Shown here piece after piece: positions 36,958 through 48,159 of a stretch of DNA of 64,000 nt. Position 1 is the stretch's first letter; every line of letters begins with the position of its first letter. The notes under the pieces were generated by a model that was given only the letters and a program-made list of their open reading frames with translations, did no database searches and was not told where the DNA came from. The position numbers were made by a program, and so were the translations under genes. Origin of the DNA: Octopus sinensis (Eukaryota); NCBI RefSeq assembly GCF_006345805.1, contig NC_042997.1:86552001-86616000 (forward strand). The letters run 5' to 3'.

Positions 36958-37884
36958 ATATATACACATATATATCATCATCGTTTAACATCTGCTTTCG
37001 GTTGGATGATTTGATTGAGGACTGGCAAACCAGATGGCTGCACCAGGCTCCAATCTGATCTGCCAGAGTTTCTACAGCTGGATATCCTTCCTAAAGTCAA
37101 CCACTCCGAGAGTGTAGAGGGTGCTTTTACGTTCCACCGGCACAACGACCAGTCAGGCGGTACTAGCAACAGCCATGCTCAAATGGTGTTTTTTTACATG
37201 CAAACTGCACAGGAGCCAGTCCAACGACCTCGCTCGAATGGTTTTTCACATGTCACTGGCACAAGTGCCAGTAAGGCGATGCTGGTAATGATCACATTCA
37301 AATGGTATGGCACAGAAGCTAGTTAGCTGCTCTGGCAACGATCGCGCTTGGATGATGCTCTTAGCACCACACTAGCACAGATGCCAGACATCGAATTTGA
37401 TTTCGATTTCATATATATATATATATATATATACCTTTTGTTTCAGTCGTTTGAATGTGGCCATGCTGGGGCACCGCCTTGGAGGGTTTTGGTCAGACAA
37501 ATCGACCCCAGGACTAAATTTTTTAAGCCTAGAACTTATTCTATCATTGCTTTTGCCAAACCGCTATGTTATGGTGAGGTAAGAATGCCAACACTGGTTG
37601 CCAAGTGGTGGTGGGGGACAATCATAAATGCACACGGGTTTGTTTTCCTGCCACTTGATTAAGATGATAAAGATTACAAATAAAATAATCATTTCTCCTT
37701 TTAAGAAAACACACAAAAAAAATCACGTCAAAAATGCTTACACTTCAAAGAGTTGTCATCTGTCCTTTTTGCTTTCTTTTTTCTCCCCTTAATCATTTAT
37801 ACAACTTTTGGAGTGCCATGGACTTGAAAGATAAAAATTCTCCCTATATTTTTATGAGATATTTATGAACCACAGGTTCTCTTT

Positions 37885-37947
<63 letters not shown>

Positions 37948-39715
37948 TTGTTTCAGTCATTTGACTCCAGCCATGCTGGAGCACTGCCTTTAGTCGAGCA
38001 AATTGACCCCAGGACTTATTCTGTGGAACCTAGTACTTATTCTATTGGTCTCTTTTGTTGAACCACTAAGTTACAGGGATGTAAACACACCACCATCGGT
38101 TGTCAAGTGATGTTGGGGGACAAACACAGACACACAAACAAACACACACACACACACACACAGACACATATATATAGATATACGACAGGCTTCTTTCAGT
38201 TTCTGTCTACCAAATTCACTCACAAGTCTTTGATCGGCCCGAGGCTATAGTAGAAGACACTTGCCCAAGGTGCCACACAGTGGAAATGAACCCAGAACCA
38301 TGTGGTTGGTAAGCAAGCTACTTACCACACAGCCACTCCTGTGATACTTGATTTTTTTAAATAAAATTACTATTTTATTTAAAACTAGCAATTCACCCTG
38401 CTTTACCTGGGTGTTATAACCTACAGCCACACTGTATTATCTGTTCCTTTCTTATGGGCAGAATTGGCACATGAAGAGTATGAAGCAAACAACTATTCTT
38501 TATAAACATGTTTTTTGGTCATTTTCTGATGAACAACACTGAAGTATCCATCTACCAAATTCAGTCACAAGTCTGTGGTTGGCCTAGGGCTATAATAGAA
38601 AGCACTTGCCCAAGGTACCATGCAGAGGGACTGAACAAGTGGTTGGGAAGCAAGCTTCTCAACCACACAGTCATTCTTGCACTTAATATCTCTGAGGGTG
38701 TGTGTGTGTGTGTTTACATTTGTTGTTAAATCAAGTACTGTATCCCACTATGTCTCAAAGTTAGCAGTTCATCAAGCAGAAATCTATAAAATAAATGCCA
38801 GATTGAAATACGTACTGAGGTCAATATGATCAATAAAATTTTTGAAGGTGAACCCCATCATGGCGACAGTGGAAAGTCTAAACCCAGTAAAATAATAATT
38901 AAAGACTTAATGGGTTCAAATTTAAGGTAATGGATTACTAACCACAAGGTAATGCATTCAAAACTTCATATTGAACTTCCACTCTATACGATAACACTAT
39001 ATGTATATCTCAGTCTACTTGACTTTGTAATTTGAAGTTGAATGGTTAGCAGTAAGAAAGATGTCCAGATTTCTTTAAAAATTATTGAGTAAAATATTCT
39101 GAGAAAAAGTTCTTTTGTCACCATAACAAAACACACACACATACACAGGTGTCTTTGTGGTAACTTGAGTTACTACAAATAGCAGCCAAATCTCTCTTAA
39201 AACACACTCTTTCATCAAAAGGAAAACACAGATTTACAGGATTTCTGGAAAAAAAAAAGTATGTATGGGTCTGCTACATTAGAGGCAACTCTAGGCTAGA
39301 CAAAACACAAACAAACATACTTCATATTGAAAGATTATCTACTAAATAATACTAATAGAGTTGATGGTATATCTTTGAAGTTTCATTCCCTGGTGAAACT
39401 CCAGGTATTTTAAACATTTTCTCATTATGCTCTATGTAAGACAAAAATTGTTCTGGCAGAGTTGCCTCCCTTAGCTAAAAGACCGTAAAATTATGTGACC
39501 CGACCTCATTTTCAAGGTTACTTTTTGTAAAAATGAGTTGTGCAAAAAACGTACTTTATTTGGTAACCAAAAGATTACTGAATCTTTTGATACCTTATAC
39601 ATCAAAATCGGCAACTTAGTTTTCGAATCCATAGGGAACACACACACACACTCACACCCCATGCTTGCGTACACACACACACACACAAACACACATTATA
39701 TAAGACAAAATATTA

Positions 39716-40190
39716 CTGTATTTTCTGGTGTATAAGCTGCTATTTTTTACCTGGGAAATTTAGTGTGTGGCTTATAGAAAGATGTGCCTATTGTGTATTT
39801 TTTATAAGTTTCAGGAGGAAAATAATTTGTATATGATGATCAAATGATTCCACTGATTTTTTTCAGAGATAAGGTTGATCACTGAACAACGTGAAAGACT
39901 ACTGCTACAGTACATTGGTGCCTGGAAGAAAACAAAGCATATTTGTTTTGTTTTACCTTCATGTTTTGATAATGTTATTTTTAATCAAATAAAGACTTTT
40001 GCATTGACGAAATGTGTTTGTTGTTGATTATAGTAAGATAAAATCATAACAATAATGATACATCTCATAGTTATAAAATAAGGCATTTTGAAACTACATA
40101 CACGTCAACAACAAAAAAGCTAGCTTTTAAATACCAGTGTGCTTTAAACACTGGTGCGCTTTATGTGTGGATAAAACCAAAATTTCCCCC
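39716..40190 (+). mobile_element. pogo/Tigger-like non-autonomous remnant
   Basis: TA|CTGTATTTTCTGGTGTATAAG start and CAGTGTGCTTTAAACACTGGTGCGCTTTAT subterminal motif resemble pogo-type ends; right TIR not seen. Confidence 0.45.
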
Positions 40191-40194
40191 AATG

Positions 40195-41096
40195 TGAGGC
40201 AATTATTGAAATCTATTAAAAATTCTCCTCTATGGCAGAATTTCATCTAATACAGATTAAGCCAAAACATCAGGACAACAGCAGATCAAAGGAAATTTGC
40301 AGCATGGCTCTTGCATCTTGGCAACGGAACATATGCAGCTCCAGAAGATCCTAATCTTGCAGTTGATGACATATAAGGGTCTCAGATTTCATGCGTTGAT
40401 GGCTCTCTGGTGGATGATATCTTCAGCAATAGATCTGAGGAACAAAGAAAAAGCAGAGTAATTCTTTCACCAAAGAACTCAGACTGCCTCCTGATCAATG
40501 AAGAAGTTTTGAGACAACTTCCAGGTGACTGCCGCACCTATTATAGTACAGATAAAGTTTTGACAGATGATCCTGCTAAGGCTGAGCGCTATCCTCTTGA
40601 ATTTCTAAATGTTTTGACACCATCAGTAATACCTCCTCATAAATTGAGTTTAAGACCTGGCTCAATAGTAATGCTTCTTCATAACATTTCTACCCAAAAT
40701 GGACTCTGCTGTGGTACAAGACTGGAAGTGGTAGCCATGCATCAACATTCAATCAAGGCTTCCTTGATTAGCGGCTCACTAATTGGCAGATGTGTCCTCA
40801 TCCCCAGAATAAAGCTGGTTCCAAGCGACCCTAACTTGCCATTCACCTTGGAGAGAACCCAGTTTCTTGTCCGTTTGTCATATGCCATGACTATTAACAA
40901 ATCACAGGGGCAGACATTTGAGAAGGTGGGATTGCTCTTACCTCAGCCACTGTTCAGTCATGTGCTGTTGTATGTGGCATACTCTAGAGCTCGCAAACTC
41001 TCAGATGTAAGGGTTAAGGTGGTGGAGACAGACAAACAAGGAAGAAGAGAGTGAACCGTTATTAAAAACATTGTCTGCAGAGAGGTCCTGACTTGA
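40195..41096 (+). mobile_element. Helitron RepHel PIF1-type helicase C-terminal fragment (pseudogene)
   Basis: FAAWLLHLGNG, ILSPKN, LEFLN...PPHKL.L..G..VMLL.N....GLC.GTRL, IPRI, R.Q..VRL.YAMTINKSQGQT, FSH..LYVA.SR, KNIV.REVL; in-frame stops at about 40373 and 41052. Confidence 0.92.
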
Positions 41097-41164
41097 AGGA
41101 GAGGAGTGTTTTCAGAAATTCTGGAGACCCTTGCAGGCATTAGGTATGTTGTTGGTTTATATGT

Positions 41165-41230
<66 letters not shown>

Positions 41231-41231
<1 letters not shown>

Positions 41232-41523
41232 TACGGAGATGTACTTGCATAGCAAGTGACCTGATCTGAGATTGTGTGCTGAAACAAATACAATTTCAAC
41301 ATGGAAGGTGTTTATAAACCATTTAAAAACACACAAAAACCATTAGATTCACTTCAACATTTAAATTTAATTTGTTAAAATATTTTTGTTGCTTTGAGAC
41401 CATGACCTGATCACTGACAAAATTCCATGCAGCATGGAAGTGAATCTAATGGTTTTTGTATGTTTTTAAATGGCTTATAAACACCTTTCACACTGCAATT
41501 GTTTCTGCATATATATATATATA

Positions 41524-41559
<36 letters not shown>

Positions 41560-41837
41560 TACGGAGATGTACTTGCATAGCAAGTGACCTGATCTGAGAT
41601 TGTGTGCTGAAACAATACAATTTCAACATGGAAGGTGTTTATAAACCATTTAAAAACACACAAAAACCATTAGATTCACTTCAACATTTAAATTTAATTT
41701 GTTAAAATATTTTTGTTGCTTTGAGACCATGACCTGATCACTGACAAAATTCCATGCAGCATGGAAGTGAATCTAATGGTTTTTGTATGTTTTTAAATGG
41801 CTTATAAACACCTTTCACACTGCAATTGTTTCTGCAT
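41231..41837. repeat. Tandem duplication (328-bp period) of a hairpin-type repeat
   Basis: 41231-41510 and 41559-41837 are nearly identical (one 1-bp indel seen); each unit has internal inverted repeats GAAGGTGTTTATAA.CCATTTAAAAAC...GATTCACTTC. Confidence 0.9.
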
Positions 41838-43311
41838 ATATATATATATATATAAATTAAATGAATATTTTTCAAAAGAGGGAACTATAAATATGTGACA
41901 TGTATTATATAGTTTTTGTACATATATAAGTCTATTGCTTTCTTTATTCATATTGGAGGAAACTAGCATGGCTCTATGTTGGGAGCGGGGAGTACCATGG
42001 ACTAATTGGCATTGGCAATCTTTGCACACATGGTGGACACTTCCAAGTATATCTATGTGTTGTTTATTTTCCTAGCTTATGAGTATTGTATGTTAAAGAA
42101 GGATAGAATTAATAGCTAAACTTTATGTATTTGTAAACAGAACTGTACAAATATATGCAATTTTAGTATTTGCTGCCTAAGTATCTCATTCTATTATATA
42201 TGTAGAGATTTTAATTACTCCTTTCTTCAATGCCTTATTTTTTTACATACATACACATATAGAAAAAGTTTATTATTTACTCAACATTCTATTAATCGGT
42301 TTGTGGAAACTCCACAGGTCCTGTTAATTATAAATAAACCATGGGGTTGATGTGAGTGACTCAACACTTGATGATCTGCCCCAGCCTAACCACAGTCCAA
42401 TGGTTGATTGGCCAAAACAAGGAAAAGGATAAAAATAAATATAAAAAATTTACATTCTAGACTTTTCAGAATGCAAAGTTTATTTCCGTCTATTCTAAAA
42501 CAGAGCCAAGATCAGCCAACCAAAACAAAATCCTTTTCCTAGTAATGTAAAATAATCTTACTGGTTAATTCTTATCAATAGCAGTTTTGTTTTATATTTC
42601 AAATTATAATGTTTAGATCTCCTTTACGAAACCCAACACTTAAATGGAATATGAATAGTAAAGTGCATACTTAGATTAAAGCAAATTTTTCCCTAACTAA
42701 ACTTCAAAGGAAAGCTCTCAAGTTTATAAGTATCTCCACTTATTTCCACAAATTGAGACTTTCAATGTTCAGATCTATTTTTATTTTTTATTTTCTTCTT
42801 TTTGTTTTTTTTTACTCATTGCACCAGCTTTTGTTTTTCAGAATTTAATAAAGTTTCAGTTGTCTTGGGTTGAAGCACCTGATACAAATTACATCGTGCC
42901 ATAGTTTCCAGGAATTCTGTTACTTCACTTTTCATAGAAAACAAAATTATCAAAGTAATTCATTTCCAAATGATTTTCTTAACTACATGAAATAATTTTA
43001 TGGATTTAATAATATTTAACCCTTTAGTGTTCAGATCATTCTGTCAAATGTAATGCTTATTTATTTACGTTGATTTGAATTAATCATGCATTATCTTGCA
43101 GCTTCAAGATTACAATGATGTGATTGTTACCTTTGCCAAGGAAGGAGGTTATGTTTTGATTGGTGTTGGTTTGTCCATCTTTGTGCAAAATAACTCAAAA
43201 AGTTGTGAACAGTATTCGATGAAACTTGCAGACAAAGTTGGTAAGGACACAAAGAACAGGTGATGAAATTTTGGTAGTGATCCGTGAATTTTTATGGATT
43301 CTTGAAGGACT

Positions 43312-43727
43312 TGTAACAGGATGGGTTATCGATTCACTGAAAGGGTGTCGATCCGATCCAGTCACATACAATTTTTGTAAGACAATACAGACGAAGTTAG
43401 GTTGTAGGTAAAAGACAGCAGTTCGTTTATTTATTGCGATGGCGTATGTGTGTCTGATGGGAGAAGGACAGCCTCTGATGTACAGCTTCTTGTTCGTTTT
43501 GTTGAAGAGGTTCAATGGTCGTTGGCGGCTAAGTCGGTGAGTTTATCAGAGCCTGCGAAATGTACGTCCGATCGCGTTGGCTGACTTGCCAGAGAGAATG
43601 ATTTGAGTTTGGCGGGCCTGAGGGAACGTTTTCCCGCACATGCGCATGGGGAAGACTTCCGGTGGCCACCCGGAAGTAGTCCCATTCTGCGCATGCGCGC
43701 TGAGCCCTACACATTAGCATCACTACA
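43312..43727 (-). repeat. Gypsy 3' LTR
   Basis: 416 bp, preceded by the PPT; I count 10 substitutions versus the 5' LTR. Confidence 0.95.
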
Positions 43728-43729
43728 AA

Positions 43730-43741
43730 GGCTCCCCCTCG
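43730..43741 (-). promoter_or_regulatory. Polypurine tract
   Basis: CGAGGGGGAGCC immediately before the 3' LTR. Confidence 0.85.
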
Positions 43742-46700
43742 AGTGCGAAAGTACGACAACAAGAAAATTTGTGGTGGTGCTGCAGAAAAACAGATGGCTT
43801 GCCGATCCCCCAGAAGACTTGGTACATAATATCATACAAAACAAGAAAAATTTTATAAGAAAGTTAAATGTAGATTGTCTTTGAAAGTTTCTTGGGCCAA
43901 TGCACTGTTCTGCCCGATCGTGTAACATACGGTGTGCTCGGGGCACCCGTTGACGGCGAGGGTGGTGTTGTAGGAGCCGGTGAAGGCAAAGGCGTCTGTG
44001 CAGGTGAAGGTGTTTGTGCAGGTGAAGGCGGTTGTGCAGGTGAAGGTGTTGTTAAAGGTGCATAGGTGGGTGTGTCAAGGTTGTCATCAAAAGATGGAGG
44101 CGTCTCAAAATGTGCTTTTTTTAAACGGTCTCCGAGCGACCATTTATTTCAATCGTGAAAACCTTTGGTGTGCGAGAAAGCACACGGAAAGGTCCTTTAT
44201 AGGGAGAAACAAGTGGGCCCTTCACAGAGTCGTCTCGAACAAAAACATGCGACCAAGTGTTCATATCCGGTGGAAGATGGGATGGTGGAGATTGCTTTCT
44301 GGGAACCATGGGTGGAAGGTTCGAAAAATATGCACGCAGTCTGGTGACATAGGTCACCGGATCATGGGGCTGGGAAGTGTCTGGCACCAACATCATGCCA
44401 GGCAATGCCAGTGTGGTACCATACAGCAGCTCTGCAGCAGAAAACCCCAGGTCTGCCTTGACAGCAGTCCGACAGCCGAGAAGCACAATGGGCAGAAATT
44501 CAATCCAGGACTGTGGGTCTGAAGAGGCACGAAGAGCGGCCTTGAGCTGTCTATGGAACCGCTCAACTAATCCATTAGACGCTGGATGGTAGCTTGTAGT
44601 GTGGATATGGTGCATACCCAAAACTGACGTCCACGATCAGTTGTCAATCGGGACGGGACTCCGAAGCGAGAAATCCAGTTTGAAACAATAGCTCACGCAA
44701 CAGTCTCAGCAGAAATGTCTGCTATCGGAATGGCTTCTGGCCAGCGGGAGAAGCGATCGACACAAGTTAACAGATAAGAGAACCCGCGACTCACAGGCCA
44801 TGGTCCAACCAGATCGATGTGGACATGGCGAAAACGGGCCTCCGTGGGGGGAAATTGTCCAAGCGGGGCACGAGCATGCCGTTGAATCTTGGACCGTTGA
44901 CAATTGGAGCAGGTGCGTGTCCAAGAAGTAATAGTGCGACGCATATTCGGCCAGAAAAACCGAGCAGTGATTAGTTTAAGGATGGCAGCGATGCCAGGAT
45001 GTGATAAGGAGTGCAGTGCTTCAAACACTGAGTGTTGATGGTTCTCAGGCACCAGTGGCCTGGGAGAACTAGTGGAAGTATCACAAAGAATGATGCCTTC
45101 GGCTGACGGAAGCGGAAGGTAGGAAAACTGGCAACAGGAGAACTTGGGAGAAGTTAAGTCTAATGACGCCAAAGGTGGCTGCTCCTGCGAGATGGCAGCA
45201 GGAGACGAAAGGGCGCAAACTGGAAGGCGAGAGAGAGCGTCAGCAGGAACGTTCTCTTTTCCAGGTATGTGTCGAATGTTGCTAGTGAATTGAGAGATAA
45301 AATCCAGGTGCCGAAAAGCACGGGGTGAGAGTTTGTCCGTTTTTTAACACAGGGCAAACATAAGAGGCTTGTGATCCGTATAGATCACAAAATCTCGCCC
45401 TTCAAGTTGATGCTGGAAATGACGAACCGATAGATAGATCGCTAGGAGCTCACGATCAAAGGTGCTGTATCGTCGTTCAGCTGGTTGCAGTTGATGGGAA
45501 AAGAAAGCTAGAGGTCGCATATGATCATCCACTGTGTGTTGTAACACAGCGCCAATCGCAGTGTCCGATGCGTCTACAGTCAAAGAGAGAGAAGCACCAG
45601 GAACTGGATGTGCAAGTAAAGAAACAGAAGCCAGCTCCTTCTTAATGGACTCAAAGGCTGTCACTGCCTCAACAGAGAGGGTGACTTGACTGTCCTTTCT
45701 AGGAGAGTCCTTTAATAGCCTGGTGAGAGGTAGTAGCTTATCTGCACAACCGGGAATAAAACGTCTGTAGAAATTGATCATCCCTAGATAATGCCTGAGC
45801 TGGCGCAAGGAAGTGGGGGGTGCGATGCGTTGAATGGCATCGACTTTTGACGAGAGAGGGCTGATTCCACTCGAATCAATATGATGGCCTAGAAAATCTA
45901 GGGAAGAGCGTCCGAAAACACACTTGTCGGGATTTATATGTATACTATAAGCGCGAAGATGCTGAAAAAGCTGAGAAAGGTGCTGGAGATGATTTTCACG
46001 TGTGTCGCTCGCAATGAGTATATCATCGACATAGGCAAACACAAAATCAAGACCGCGGACAACCTCATCAATGAAACGCTGGAAAGTGCTAGTAGCATTC
46101 CGCAAACCGAAACTCATATACAAAAACTCAAAACACCCAAAGGGGGTAGTGATCGCAGTTTTCGGAACGTCGGCTGGGTTGACCGGTATTTGATGGTAAG
46201 CGCGTATAAGGTCGACCTTCGAAAAAATGGTACAACCATGGAGATTTGCCGTAAAGTCCTGGAGATTTCGGATCGGATATCGGTCGGCTATTGTTACGGC
46301 ATTGAGGCGTCGATAGTCTCCAACCGGGCGAAAATCAGACTCGCCCTTTCGCGCCAAATGAAGGGGAGATGCCCATGGGCTGGTGGAGGGGCGTATAAGG
46401 CCAAGTTGAAGCATGTGCTCAAACTCGGCCCTGGCCGTTTTTAGTCGGTCTGGCGCAAGGCGCCGTGGGCGCGAAAATACAGGCGGCCCAGTGGTGGTGA
46501 TAAAATGGAGGGTCTAGTGGGTAGGCTTTTCCGGTTTAAAGGCAATGTCCACTAGCTACGGAAATGAAACCAAAAGAGAGTGAAAAGGGTCTCCAGAGGT
46601 GGCAACAAAGAATGTCGGGCTAAGGACCGCAGTGGTGGAACTCCCAGTCGGTGTAGAGAGCGACGTCGTGCTATCAAGAAGCCTCCGACGCCCGACATCC

Positions 46701-47731
46701 ACCAATAGATTAAACCTATCCAGAAAATCAGCGCCGAGAATAGGATGTGGGATGTCAGCGATGACGAAAACCCATTGAAAATCTCGACGAAGGTTGATGT
46801 CGAGGCGCAGCGAAATCTGACCGTAAGTGGATATGGGAGATGAGTCAATAGCATGCAAGACAATTGAAGAGCGCTTGGGCTTGTCTGCAGCCAGACGAAG
46901 AGGCCAGATGCTGCAACACGAGCCGGTGTCCACCATGAAGAATTTCTTCGACACCAGATCTTTTACAAAGAATGCACGATGTTTGGGAAACGAGATGGAA
47001 GAAGGTGACGTGCTCACCTCCTCCGGATTTAGTTTTCCGAGGGCTTGAAAGTGCACGGCTGGGTACACCGATCTGCCTTTTCGGCATACTTTGAATGGTA
47101 CCAGCACCAGCCGGAACGAGAAACAGAATTACTCCGACTACGGGAAATAGAGCTACTGCGACTACGACTGCGAGGTTGGCACCCGATCGCACGGCACAGA
47201 TCATCGATTCTCTGCGTAAGTGCATCGATCTTCTCGGCTAGTTGATCGTTCGTCTGAGGTGTCGGAGGGGGCTCTGTACATGCGTACAGGCCCCGCGATG
47301 GAGATGGTAGCGAAAATTCAAATGTTTGTGAATGAGGCAAACTTGATGCAGCCATGTTTTTGTCGGAAGGATCGTCTGTCAGGAAGGGGCAGAAGGTATG
47401 ATTGAGAAATGGAGAGAGAACACGTGGAACCAACAAAGCAAATCAAAATTGTGTTTTTGTGTACTGGTGTGTGTACCTCGTGGGTAGTAAAACAAGTGTG
47501 TGTGTGCACAAAGGGAAACAAAGTACAGAAAAGGAAAGAAAAAAATAATGATGTGTGTGTGTTTTCTTTTTTTTTTTTTTCAGTGTACTGAGTGCGTGCG
47601 ATGAATAAGCTTCTGTTTGTACCCACCTCGCCGTTCTGAAAGAAGAGAAAAATTGAAAAAATGAATGTTCAGTGCTTTATCTGGCAAAAACCTGTTCGCT
47701 GCGTCTTCTGTTCTTTTTTTTTTTTCAACTT

Positions 47732-47741
47732 GGGGTCACCA
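47732..47741 (-). promoter_or_regulatory. Primer binding site, tRNA-Trp type
   Basis: TGGTGACCCC starts 2 nt inside the LTR; complementary to the tRNA-Trp 3' end (GGGGUCACCA). Confidence 0.85.
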
Positions 47742-47743
47742 AT

Positions 47744-48159
47744 TGTAACAGGATGGGTTATCGATTCACTGAAACGGTGTCGATCCGATCCAGTCGCATA
47801 CAATTTTTGTAAGACAATACAGACGAAGTCAGGTTGTAGGTAAAAGACAGCAGTTCGTTTATTTATTGCGATGGCGTACGTGTGTCTGATGGGAGAAGGA
47901 CAGCCTCTGATGTACAGCTTCTTGTTCGTTTTGTTGAAGAGGTTCGATGGCCGTTGGCGGCTAAGTCGGTGAGTTTATCAGAGCCTGCGAAATGTACGTC
48001 CGATCGCGTTGGCTGACTTGCCAGAGAGAATGATTTGAGTTTGGCAGGCCTGAGGGAACGTTTTCCCGCACATGCGCATGGGGAAGACTTCCGGTGGCCA
48101 CCCGGAAGTAGTCCCATTCTGCGCATGCGCGCTGAACCCTACACAGTAGCATCAATACA
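47744..48159 (-). repeat. Gypsy 5' LTR
   Basis: 416 bp, followed on the minus strand by the PBS. Confidence 0.95.

Larger units (their letters stand above)
43312..48159 (-). mobile_element. Ty3/Gypsy LTR retrotransposon, CsRn1 clade, internally deleted and defective
   Basis: Two 416-bp TG...CA LTRs, 4-bp TSD GACT (43308-43311 / 48160-48163), PBS, PPT; gag CHCC knuckle CWYH-x9-C-x3-C; protease VDTG; RT YVDD; RNase H (VDASD, DRELLA, TDHKPL); integrase H-H-C-C and HIDLVGP...GLVERFHR; order PR-RT-RH-IN; stops at about 46556, 45344, 44693. Confidence 0.97.

Noticed and set aside
40410-41054. Host PIF1 helicase gene
   Set aside because: Intronless fragment with in-frame stops and Helitron-specific motifs (FPVRL.YAMTINKSQGQT-like, KNIV..EVL end).
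42585-42770. Segmental duplication with 49700-49880 flanking the Gypsy
   Set aside because: The copies are substantially diverged and not at the insertion boundaries; most likely two old members of a dispersed repeat.
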